Shown: piece after piece, positions 38,158-46,619 of the stretch
How positions within the stretch are numbered: position 1 is the first letter of the stretch
Layout of the letters: each line of letters begins with the position of its first letter
Source: Turneriella sp.
GTDB taxonomy: Bacteria > Spirochaetota > Leptospiria > Turneriellales > Turneriellaceae
Direction of reading: 5' to 3'
Length of the DNA stretch: 64,000 bases
Assembly (NCBI GenBank): GCA_965279515.1
Contig: CBDIID010000003.1
Span: 4,384,001-4,448,000, forward strand
Position numbers and translations under genes: made by a program
Notes under the pieces: model-generated
Seen by the model: only the letters and a program-made list of their open reading frames with translations
Database searches by the model: none
Told to the model about the DNA's origin: nothing

Positions 38158-40276
38158 AACATCGGTTATGGAGACGTTTGAATACGATAATAATATCGTA
38201 CGCAAATTTGCTCTGGCGACCATTGTCTGGGGCATTGTCGGAATGCTGGTCGGAATCGTCATTGCGGTTCTGCTCTACATTCCCGACCTTCTCGGGCATG
38301 TGTCGTTTCTTTCATTCGGGCGTTTAAGGCCACTACACACAAATGCGGTCGTTTTCGCGTTTGCGGGTAATGCGCTCTTTTTAGGCGTCTATTATTCGCT
38401 TCAGCGTCTGTTGAAGGCAAGGATGTATTCCGACATCCTATCGAATATCCACTTCTGGGGCTGGCAGCTGATTATCGTTTCAGCCGCATTGACTTTACCG
38501 TTCGGTATCACGACGAGTAAAGAATACGCAGAACTTGAGTGGCCGATCGACATCGCCATCGCTGTGATTTGGGTCGTGTTCGGCCTCAACATGCTGATGA
38601 CGATTCTGAACCGCCGTGAAAAGCATCTCTATGTTGCGGTATGGTTTTATATCGCGACCTTCGTTACAGTCGCGATGCTCCATATCGGAAACTCGCTGGC
38701 GATTCCTGTGTCATTCCTGAAAAGCTACTCGGTTTATGCCGGGGTACAGGATGCCCTGGTACAATGGTGGTATGGACACAATGCCGTGGCGTTCTTTTTA
38801 ACGACGCCGTTTCTCGGTATCATGTACTATTTTATCCCCAAGGCGGCCAACCGCCCTGTCTATTCCTATAAACTGTCGATCGTCCACTTCTGGGGCCTCG
38901 TGTTTATTTATATCTGGGCGGGTCCGCACCACTTGCTCTACACATCATTGCCCGACTGGGCGCAATCCCTCGGGACCGCGTTCTCGGTGATGTTGATTGC
39001 TCCCTCGTGGGGCGGTATGATCAACGGTCTTCTGACATTGCGCGGCGCCTGGGATCGTGTGCGTCAGGATCCGGTTCTGAAGTTCATGGTGGTGGGCGTC
39101 ACCGCTTATGGTATGTCGACATTCGAAGGGCCGATGATGTCGCTCAAGAACGTCAACGCGCTCACACACTACACCGACTATGTGATCGGACACGTGCATC
39201 TTGGCGCGCTGGCCTGGAACGGTGGTCTTGCCTCGGCGATGCTGTACTACATCATTCCGCGCATTTACGGTAAGCCGCTTTACAGCATGCGCATGGCGAA
39301 CTTCCATTTCTGGATTTCAACCATCGGTATCGTTTTCTACGCGATTCCCATGTACTGGGGCGGTATCACGCAGAGCCTGATGTGGAAACAGTTCACCGCG
39401 CAGGGCACGCTGCTTTACCCTAACTTTCTCGATACCGTGACACAGATCATTCCGATGTATGTCATTCGTTCTGTGGGTGGAACCATGTATTTCCTCGGAT
39501 TCGTGGTGCTGGCCTACAACATGCTGAAGACGATCCGTTCCGGAATTTTCGTGCCGGCCGAAAGCGCCAGTGCGCCGTCGCTGCGGTCTGTCATGGCGCA
39601 TCACGAGAAATCGAAATATAAGCACCGCATTCTGGAGCGCAAACCCTTGGTGTTTACAGCGCTGACACTCGTTGCCGTTCTCATCGGCGGCGTAATCGAG
39701 TTTGTGCCGGTGGCGATGGTGCGTTCGAATATCCCGACTATTGCCAGTGTGAGGCCGTATAGCCCGCTCGAGCTCGAGGGCCGCGACCTTTATATCCGTG
39801 AAGGCTGCAATAACTGCCATTCGCAGATGATACGTCCGTTCCGCTCGGAGACCGAACGTTACGGCGAATACTCGAAGGCCGGTGAATTCGTTTACGACCA
39901 CCCGTTTCTCTGGGGATCTAAGCGCACCGGGCCCGACCTGCACCGTATAGGCGGCAAGTACAACCATGCATGGCACTTCCAGCACATGAAAGATCCGCGC
40001 ATCACATCGCCCGGTTCAATCATGCCGGCATACCCGTGGCTGTTCGATAATACGCTCGATACGTCGCTCACCACTAAAAAGGTGCGTGCGCTGACAAAAA
40101 TCGGCGTGGATTACCCGCCGTTCTACGATAGCAAAGCTCTGACCGACCTCAATGTTCAGGCCGGCCAGATCGCGGATGCCCTGAAAAAGGACAACATGCC
40201 GATCGCCGCAGATAAGGAAATTGTCGCGGTCATTGCATACCTGCAGCGCCTCGGTACGGACATTAAGGCCAAGTGA
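38147..40276 (+). CDS. ccoN: cbb3-type cytochrome c oxidase fused subunits I/II (CcoN-CcoO)
   Basis: RPLHTN, WWYGHNAV, GPHH, GHVH; C-terminal EGCNNCHSQMIRP, GSKRTGPDL; SD CAGGAG before ATG 38147. Confidence 0.95.
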   Translation: MAGETSVMETFEYDNNIVRKFALATIVWGIVGMLVGIVIAVLLYIPDLLGHVSFLSFGRLRPLHTNAVVFAFAGNALFLGVYYSLQRLLKARMYSDILSNIHFWGWQLIIVSAALTLPFGITTSKEYAELEWPIDIAIAVIWVVFGLNMLMTILNRREKHLYVAVWFYIATFVTVAMLHIGNSLAIPVSFLKSYSVYAGVQDALVQWWYGHNAVAFFLTTPFLGIMYYFIPKAANRPVYSYKLSIVHFWGLVFIYIWAGPHHLLYTSLPDWAQSLGTAFSVMLIAPSWGGMINGLLTLRGAWDRVRQDPVLKFMVVGVTAYGMSTFEGPMMSLKNVNALTHYTDYVIGHVHLGALAWNGGLASAMLYYIIPRIYGKPLYSMRMANFHFWISTIGIVFYAIPMYWGGITQSLMWKQFTAQGTLLYPNFLDTVTQIIPMYVIRSVGGTMYFLGFVVLAYNMLKTIRSGIFVPAESASAPSLRSVMAHHEKSKYKHRILERKPLVFTALTLVAVLIGGVIEFVPVAMVRSNIPTIASVRPYSPLELEGRDLYIREGCNNCHSQMIRPFRSETERYGEYSKAGEFVYDHPFLWGSKRTGPDLHRIGGKYNHAWHFQHMKDPRITSPGSIMPAYPWLFDNTLDTSLTTKKVRALTKIGVDYPPFYDSKALTDLNVQAGQIADALKKDNMPIAADKEIVAVIAYLQRLGTDIKAK

Positions 40277-40282
40277 GGATAC

Positions 40283-40474
40283 ATGATTTCAAAAGTACTC
40301 AATGATATTAACGGAGTCGCCATCTACCCGGTGGCGACGTTGATTATCTTCTTCACCATTTTCGGATTTATGCTGGTGAAGGTAATGTTGCGCAAAAAAT
40401 CCGATGACGACGCGATGGCGCATTTGCCGCTCGAAGACGGCATTACGGCAAAGCGGGAGGCGAACCATGGATAA
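40283..40474 (+). CDS. ccoQ: cbb3 oxidase small subunit CcoQ
   Basis: Single TM helix, C-terminal MAHLPLED, position in the operon. Confidence 0.8.
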   Translation: MISKVLNDINGVAIYPVATLIIFFTIFGFMLVKVMLRKKSDDDAMAHLPLEDGITAKREANHG

Positions 40475-41042
40475 GAGAAGCGAACAAGACAAGTTGATGG
40501 ATCATGAATACGACGGTATACGCGAGCTCGACAACCACATGCCGCGCTGGTGGGTTCTCGGGTTTTATTTTACCATCATATTCGGGGTCGCCTACGTGAT
40601 CTACTATCACTTTGCCGGCGGGCCGCTGTCAGGCAAAGAATATGAACTCGAAATGGCCGCGGCATCGCCGAAAAAAGCGGAGCAGGTGCAGGTCGCAGAT
40701 ACCAAACTGAAACCGCTGACCGACGCCGCTTCGCTTGCGGCAGGCGAGAAACTGTTCGTTTCGCAGACCTGCTCGGCCTGCCATAGCCCAAACCTCGGCG
40801 GCCTTGTTGGTCCCAACCTGACCGACGATTTCTGGATTCACGGTTGTGATTACACCGCTGTCATGGCGAATGTCAGCAAGGGCTTTACGCAGAAAGGCAT
40901 GATGCCCTTCGGCAACGGAAAACCACTTGCCGAGACCGAGCTACAGCAGCTGGTGAGTTATATCTTCTCGAAAAAGGGGACGAATCCCGCCGGAGCCAAG
41001 GCAATCGATCCCGAGCGCGAGAAGAAATGCGCCGCGAAATAG
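40467..41042 (+). CDS. ccoP: cbb3 oxidase subunit III (short, one heme)
   Basis: HEYDGIRELDNHMPRWW, CSACH, GPNLTDDFWIHG; SD GGAGG. Confidence 0.9.
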   Translation: MDKRSEQDKLMDHEYDGIRELDNHMPRWWVLGFYFTIIFGVAYVIYYHFAGGPLSGKEYELEMAAASPKKAEQVQVADTKLKPLTDAASLAAGEKLFVSQTCSACHSPNLGGLVGPNLTDDFWIHGCDYTAVMANVSKGFTQKGMMPFGNGKPLAETELQQLVSYIFSKKGTNPAGAKAIDPEREKKCAAK

Positions 41043-41065
41043 TTTAGCCCTGAAAGGAGGGGAAT

Positions 41066-42556
41066 ATGTATACAGCCTCAGATCCGCTGGCCAAAGTTGA
41101 AAAAGACACGGAAGAATACCGTGACCATATCAACACGGTCAATGCGCAGGGAAAACGCGCATGGATCTTTGCCAAAAAACCGAAGGGAAAGTTTTATAAC
41201 TTGCGCACAATCGTCAGTTATGTACTGCTTTTCCTGATGTTTGCGGGGCCTTATGTCCGTATCCACGGTCAGCCGATTCTCCTCCTCAACGTGCTCGAGC
41301 GCAAGTTTATCCTGTTCGGTTTTGTCTTCTGGCCGCAGGATTTTTACATCGTGGTGCTGGGTTTGCTTGCTATGATCCTCACCATTGTGCTGTTCACATC
41401 GGTCTTCGGGCGTATCTGGTGCGGCTGGACCTGCCCGCAGACTGTTTTTCTTGAGATGTTGTTCCGCAAGATCGAATACGCGATCGAAGGCGATTTCCAG
41501 GACCAGAAACAACTGGCCATCGCCCCCTGGACAGGGGGAAAAATCGTCAAAAAGACTTCGAAGATCCTGATTTTTTATGTGCTGTCATTTGCAATCGCCA
41601 ATACGTTTCTTTCCTATATTATCGGCAGCGAAGAGCTCTGGAAAATCATCCGCGAGCCCGTCGCGCAGCATGTCGGCGGTTTTGTCGCCATCAACATTTT
41701 TACCGTCATCTTCTTTCTTGTCTTTGCCCGCTTTCGGGAACAGGCCTGCCATTTTGCCTGCCCCTACGGGCGTTTTCAGTCGGCGCTGGTTGATAATGAT
41801 ACGATCAGTGTGACCTATGACTTCAAGAGGGGCGAGAAGCGCGGCACGCTCGGCCAAAGAAAAAAAGCTGGGCCGATAGCACTGTCTGCCACTGCGGGCG
41901 CTTCGCTGGCAACCCCGACATCTTCTCATGGAGACTGCATCGACTGCGGCGCCTGCGTCGTGGTTTGTCCCGAGGGGATCGACATCCGCAACGGCATACA
42001 GCTCGAGTGCATTCAGTGCACAGCCTGCATTGACGCCTGCAACAAAATGATGCATGCTGTCGGCAAGCCCCCCGGATTAATCCGTTACACTTCTTATAAT
42101 ACGGTGGCAGCAGGGGCCACAGCGCCGCGGCGGAAAATTCCGATTAAGCTGCGTACGGTAGGTTATATGACGGTCTGGTTGCTGGTGATTTCAGCTTTTA
42201 GCTACCTGGTGCTTTCGCGGGAAAAAATCGAAACCGTACTTCTGCGCCAACCGGGTATGCTCGCCCAGAAACTACCCGATGGTTACGTGACCAATCTCTA
42301 TTCACTGAAGATTTTCAACAAAACATTCGATCGCCAGAATGCCGAGGTGCGCCTGGCCGATATTCCGGGGGAAATCCGCCTGATCGACCCCGTGGGAGAA
42401 ATCGCCCCGCAAAATGTTGCGGAAGCGCGTTTTTTTATCGCTTTAAAAAGTGAGCTTATTGGCGGCCAAAGCCGGCCGATTGAACTTGAAATTTGGTCGA
42501 ATGGACGGCTCATACAAAAGAAGAAAACCGTGTTTATTACCGCTGGAGGAACCTGA
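41066..42556 (+). CDS. ccoG: Cytochrome c oxidase accessory protein CcoG
   Basis: GRIWCGWTCPQ, CPYGRFQ, CIDCGACVVVCP, CIQCTACIDAC. Confidence 0.93.
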   Translation: MYTASDPLAKVEKDTEEYRDHINTVNAQGKRAWIFAKKPKGKFYNLRTIVSYVLLFLMFAGPYVRIHGQPILLLNVLERKFILFGFVFWPQDFYIVVLGLLAMILTIVLFTSVFGRIWCGWTCPQTVFLEMLFRKIEYAIEGDFQDQKQLAIAPWTGGKIVKKTSKILIFYVLSFAIANTFLSYIIGSEELWKIIREPVAQHVGGFVAINIFTVIFFLVFARFREQACHFACPYGRFQSALVDNDTISVTYDFKRGEKRGTLGQRKKAGPIALSATAGASLATPTSSHGDCIDCGACVVVCPEGIDIRNGIQLECIQCTACIDACNKMMHAVGKPPGLIRYTSYNTVAAGATAPRRKIPIKLRTVGYMTVWLLVISAFSYLVLSREKIETVLLRQPGMLAQKLPDGYVTNLYSLKIFNKTFDRQNAEVRLADIPGEIRLIDPVGEIAPQNVAEARFFIALKSELIGGQSRPIELEIWSNGRLIQKKKTVFITAGGT

Positions 42557-43026
42557 TGCAAAACCAAACCATACCTGGTGGGACGCAAACTTTTCGGGAT
42601 AGGTATTCCTGGCCCCTGGGCATCATGATCGGGCTGGGCCTGTTTATGGCGATGACTGTGTATTTCGTAAAAAAAGCATTCTCTGAGCGGGTAGATCTTG
42701 TCGCCACCGATTATTATTACCGTGACAAGAGTTTCTCAGAACGCCTTCTGCGCCAGAAAAAACTTCTGAAGCATGGCCCAAGTGAAATCACACGTTCTGC
42801 AGCGGGCGTCAGCGTCCTCCTGCCCGGTTTTTTTACGGATAAAAAAATCACGGGCACAGTTTATTTTTATTCACCTCTGAATCCCGCCGACGACTTTTCG
42901 CTGCCGGTCGAGTTTCAGGGAAAAAATGCGGCGATTCCTGCCAAAGTCGCCCCCGGTCATCGCTGGCGCGTTTCGCTGGAATTTTCTGCCGGCGGTGACG
43001 GTTATTATCTCGAAAGCGTGATCTGA
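42556..43026 (+). CDS. ccoH: FixH/CcoH family protein
   Basis: N-terminal TM, DLVATDYY motif, coupled TGATG start. Confidence 0.75.
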   Translation: MQNQTIPGGTQTFRDRYSWPLGIMIGLGLFMAMTVYFVKKAFSERVDLVATDYYYRDKSFSERLLRQKKLLKHGPSEITRSAAGVSVLLPGFFTDKKITGTVYFYSPLNPADDFSLPVEFQGKNAAIPAKVAPGHRWRVSLEFSAGGDGYYLESVI

Positions 43027-43676
43027 TGGTCTACCTCGCCTCAGCGTTGGCGATGGGTTTTTTCTCCGGGGGCCATTGCCTGGGTATGTGTGGGCCGCTG
43101 GTGCTTGCCCTGCCGGTGAGCCCGGTGAGCCATACGCGCTCCGTAATTTACCGCATTGTTTACAACTCGGGCCGCGTCGTTACCTATACGCTGCTCGGCG
43201 CGCTTGTCGGCCTGGCCGGGATCACCTTTTCGCTGCGTGGCTGGCAAACGAAAGTTTCGTATATCGCTGGCGGTCTGCTCATTGTTTTTTCGCTCATTCA
43301 GCTGATGCCGTTTTTTCATATTGCCTTTTTTACCGGCATCCACGCGCGTATGCTGCGGTTTTTCAGCGGTGCTGCCAAGCAGCCGGGGGCGCTGCGTTCT
43401 TTTGTCCTGGGTGGCGTGAACGGTTTTTTGCCCTGTGGCATGGTGACAGCCGCGCTCGCCGCAAGCCTCGCGGCCGGTGAATTTTACGGCAGTGCGCTTT
43501 ATATGTTATTTTTCGGCCTCGGGACTTTTCCCGTCATGCTGGTGGCTTCGCTCTTTGGTATGTACCTGAGCCCGGCCGCGAAGCGGGTGCTGTCCTTCAT
43601 CGGACCGCTCTATGGCCTGGCCCTGGGCATACTGCTGCTGCTGCGGCCGTCGCTGATGCTGCCGCATTGCCATTGA
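43026..43676 (+). CDS. Sulfite exporter TauE/DsbD_2-type cbb3-associated membrane protein
   Basis: HCLGMCGP, YNSGR..TY, GFLPCGMV, FGLGT. Confidence 0.85.
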   Translation: MVYLASALAMGFFSGGHCLGMCGPLVLALPVSPVSHTRSVIYRIVYNSGRVVTYTLLGALVGLAGITFSLRGWQTKVSYIAGGLLIVFSLIQLMPFFHIAFFTGIHARMLRFFSGAAKQPGALRSFVLGGVNGFLPCGMVTAALAASLAAGEFYGSALYMLFFGLGTFPVMLVASLFGMYLSPAAKRVLSFIGPLYGLALGILLLLRPSLMLPHCH

Positions 43677-43714
43677 AGTTGTCACGGCATTGATTTTTTA
43701 AAACCTCAGCCGGA

Positions 43715-44791
43715 TTGAAAACACCGGTAAAAATCATCACGGAAGGGGATGTCTTCTATGCAGAAGCGGTCCGCGCCATACGGCGCGCGCACAGCACCGT
43801 TTCATTCATGGTATATATCTGGCAGGACGACGAAGTCGGCCGGCAGTTTGAAACGGCGTTGATACAGGCAGCCCGCCGTCACGTCAGTGTGCAGCTGGTC
43901 ATCGACGCAGTCGGAAGTTTTGACCTTCCCGTCGCCGCGATTACGCGGATGCGCGAGGCGGGGGTCTTAGTCTACATGCACCACCGCATTAAAATACTCC
44001 GCTGGGGCTGGTTGCGTTATCTTATCCGCCGGAATCACAGGAAAATTATCGTGATCGATGACCGGCTCGCCTTTACCGGCGGTTTCAATATCATGCGCGA
44101 ATGTTCGCGCAGGTTTTATGGCCAGCGGCGTTGGCTCGATATGATGATTGAGACGAAGGTACCGGCGCTGGTCGCGCACCTGAGGCAGCAGTACCACGAT
44201 GCCTGCCGCCGCGCGCGCCATGAGAAATGGACTTCGCGGCTCTTGACGCGCAGCGGCAATCGTGTGATTGTTTGCGGAGGGGAGCGGATCGTGACTTATT
44301 CGATGTCACGCTGGCTCAAACGCCGGCTGCGGCATGCGCGTGCACAGATCACCGTTGCCGTGCCTTATTTTATCCCATACGGTTTTTTCTGGCGCATCTT
44401 AGCGAAAAAACTGAAAGAAGGCGTGCGCGTCGAAGTGATTCTCTCCGAAGCCTCAGACTTGCCCTGGATTGATGCGATTTCTTTCGCGATGGCCAGCCGG
44501 CTGCGTAAGAAGGGGGCCGATATCTACCTTTACCGCGGCAACGGTGAGATGCCGCGATTTTCGCACACGAAAATTTTCCGTATTGATGATTGGGTCGGCA
44601 CGGGTTCGGCTAACTATGATTACCGCAGTATGGTGCTCAATCTCGATACGCTGTTGTTCTTCCGTCATGCACCGGGGGGATGGAACTCTGCGTATGCCGC
44701 ACTGCGCTCGCAGAGCCGCATGGCCACAGAGGCCGATTTGAAACCCGGCTTTCGCGCCTGGTTGATCTGGCCCTTGCGCTGGCTTCTCTAA
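43715..44791 (+). CDS. Cardiolipin synthase-like phospholipase D (ClsB-type)
   Basis: YIWQDDEVG, NHRKIIVIDD..GGFN, PYFIP, HTKIFRIDD..GSANYDYRS. Confidence 0.85.
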   Translation: MKTPVKIITEGDVFYAEAVRAIRRAHSTVSFMVYIWQDDEVGRQFETALIQAARRHVSVQLVIDAVGSFDLPVAAITRMREAGVLVYMHHRIKILRWGWLRYLIRRNHRKIIVIDDRLAFTGGFNIMRECSRRFYGQRRWLDMMIETKVPALVAHLRQQYHDACRRARHEKWTSRLLTRSGNRVIVCGGERIVTYSMSRWLKRRLRHARAQITVAVPYFIPYGFFWRILAKKLKEGVRVEVILSEASDLPWIDAISFAMASRLRKKGADIYLYRGNGEMPRFSHTKIFRIDDWVGTGSANYDYRSMVLNLDTLLFFRHAPGGWNSAYAALRSQSRMATEADLKPGFRAWLIWPLRWLL

Positions 44792-44799
44792 CAGGGTAG

Positions 44800-45261
44800 C
44801 TAGAGCTTCTTCTTGAACGCCATCTTTTTTACGCCGGCGGGATGCTGCGCCTTTTCCTGCATGATCCTATGCGCTGCGGGCAGGGTGGTTGCCTGCAGTG
44901 CCTTGGTCGTCGCGGCGCGCAGGTCTTTCCAGATGAAGTGAGCAGGGCAGGGGGCGGCATCGTTACACGAGCTTAGGCCCAATGCACAGTCGACGAATTC
45001 CGTAATGCCATCGATAGTGATTTTGATGTCGTAGAGGCTGATTTCAGTTACCGGTTTGGCGAATTGATAACCGCCGCCCGGGCCTTTATTTGAGCGCAGA
45101 ATTTTTCCGGCGACGAGCTGTTTTAGTATCTTACTGAGGTAGGGCTTGGGGACGTCGGCACCGGTGGCGATCTCTTCGACGGTGAAGATTTTCTTCTCTT
45201 CGCGCGACGTCATGTAGCTCAGGGCTCTGACGGCGTATTTGCTGGCACTACTATATAGCAT
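44800..45261 (-). CDS. Rrf2 family transcriptional regulator (3-Cys Fe-S type)
   Basis: YAVRAL, YLSKILKQL, GPGGGY, CALGLSSCNDAAPCPAH. Confidence 0.92.
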   Translation of the reverse strand: MLYSSASKYAVRALSYMTSREEKKIFTVEEIATGADVPKPYLSKILKQLVAGKILRSNKGPGGGYQFAKPVTEISLYDIKITIDGITEFVDCALGLSSCNDAAPCPAHFIWKDLRAATTKALQATTLPAAHRIMQEKAQHPAGVKKMAFKKKL

Positions 45262-45395
45262 AATTAACGATTAATGCATCTAGATATCTTTCATAGCGTC
45301 AAGGCAAATTTTACTATTGAATCGCCTGAATACGGCTGACGCCCTGTCCCCGCCTGCCCGTTTTTGGCATCGCCTCCCCCGAAAGGACTGTTTCC

Positions 45396-46319
45396 CTGGA
45401 TGCCATAACGGCTGCTGCCCAAAAGCTGGGTTTTAGTCGCGCCGCGGCGCTTCCCGTTTCTGCCGTCGAGCACGAGTTCCGTCTCCTTTACGAGGATTTT
45501 CTCGCCCGTGGCCTTGCGGCCGACCTGAAGTACCTGTCGAGGCCCGAGCGTTTCGATCTGCGCAGTATTTTTCCGGCAGCGCAGACCCTGCTGTTGTTTT
45601 TTTACCCGTATCGATTCGGCGCTGTCGAGAAGAAGCTGCGCGCAGCACCCTTCAAGGTCGCGCGTTATGCCTGGCAACAGGACTACCACTTGCTGTTGCG
45701 CCATAAGCTGAGTTCCCTGCTGTCGACTTTTACGCTCGATGGCCGCGCGGTAACAGATTCGGCGCCACTGTTTGAACGGTATTGGGCGCGCCGCGCCGGT
45801 CTCGGCTTCATCGGCAGAAATGGCATGCTGATCGACCGGCAAAAGGGCAGCTTCTTTTTTATTGCCGCGGCCCTGGTTGCTGAAGAGATTAGGTCACCGG
45901 GGGATATCCCCAGGCGCGAAAAGGATTTCCTGCCGGAGAAAGATTTTACCGAGTTTTGCAAAGATTGCCGCCTCTGTATCGACGCCTGCCCTACGGGTGC
46001 CCTGTTTGGTGACGGTCTCATGGAAACCAGCAAATGCATTTCGTACCGCACGATCGAGAGCAAGCGTGAAGCCGTGCATGACCTGCGGTATAAGAAGCAC
46101 CGCTGGATTTTTGGCTGTGATATCTGCCAGCAGGTTTGCCCTTACAATAAAAGTCCTTCAGCATTTGCCGATGATGATTTTAACGACGAGCATGCCGCTG
46201 CGGAAAAAATAGCGGCCGGGGATATTCCCGTGAGCCGCAGTGCCTTAAAAAATTCCGTATTCTTCAGGCGCGGCGTCGAAAAAATCCGGGATAATGCCGC
46301 GGCATTAGAGCCGCGATAG
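45396..46319 (+). CDS. queG: Epoxyqueuosine reductase, probable CTG start
   Basis: ARYAW..DYH, DSAPLFER, CKDCRLCIDACPTGAL, CISYRTIE, GCDICQQVCPYN; N-terminus AQKLGF..FLARG..LKYL..RFD lies upstream of the track start 45594. Confidence 0.88.
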   Translation: MDAITAAAQKLGFSRAAALPVSAVEHEFRLLYEDFLARGLAADLKYLSRPERFDLRSIFPAAQTLLLFFYPYRFGAVEKKLRAAPFKVARYAWQQDYHLLLRHKLSSLLSTFTLDGRAVTDSAPLFERYWARRAGLGFIGRNGMLIDRQKGSFFFIAAALVAEEIRSPGDIPRREKDFLPEKDFTEFCKDCRLCIDACPTGALFGDGLMETSKCISYRTIESKREAVHDLRYKKHRWIFGCDICQQVCPYNKSPSAFADDDFNDEHAAAEKIAAGDIPVSRSALKNSVFFRRGVEKIRDNAAALEPR

Positions 46320-46538
46320 TTCCTGGCCCAGGCGTTTGAGATCTCCCAGAACTTCTGACGGCGCTGGGTTTATGGTATTACCCAGTTCATTGGCGTCGTC
46401 GATGAGATCCAGAATGAGTTTTTTCTGTGCGACGCGCTGCGCGGTCGTCAGGCGCATATACTCGTTTTTATATTCGCCCGCCTTTTTATCGATCATGGCG
46501 ATAATTTTGTTCATGGCGGCGACTTGTTCCGATGACAT
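46305..46538 (-). CDS. Small hypothetical helical protein
   Basis: 77-aa ATG ORF, amphipathic helical pattern, fills the gap between queG and the PBP gene. Confidence 0.6.
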   Translation of the reverse strand: MSSEQVAAMNKIIAMIDKKAGEYKNEYMRLTTAQRVAQKKLILDLIDDANELGNTINPAPSEVLGDLKRLGQELSRL

Positions 46539-46619
46539 ATCCCGGGCTTGCTAAGAATTTTAGCCGCGATGTCGACTTTTTTCCTCTTTACTAGGGCCGT
46601 GATCTAATGCTTATGCGCA

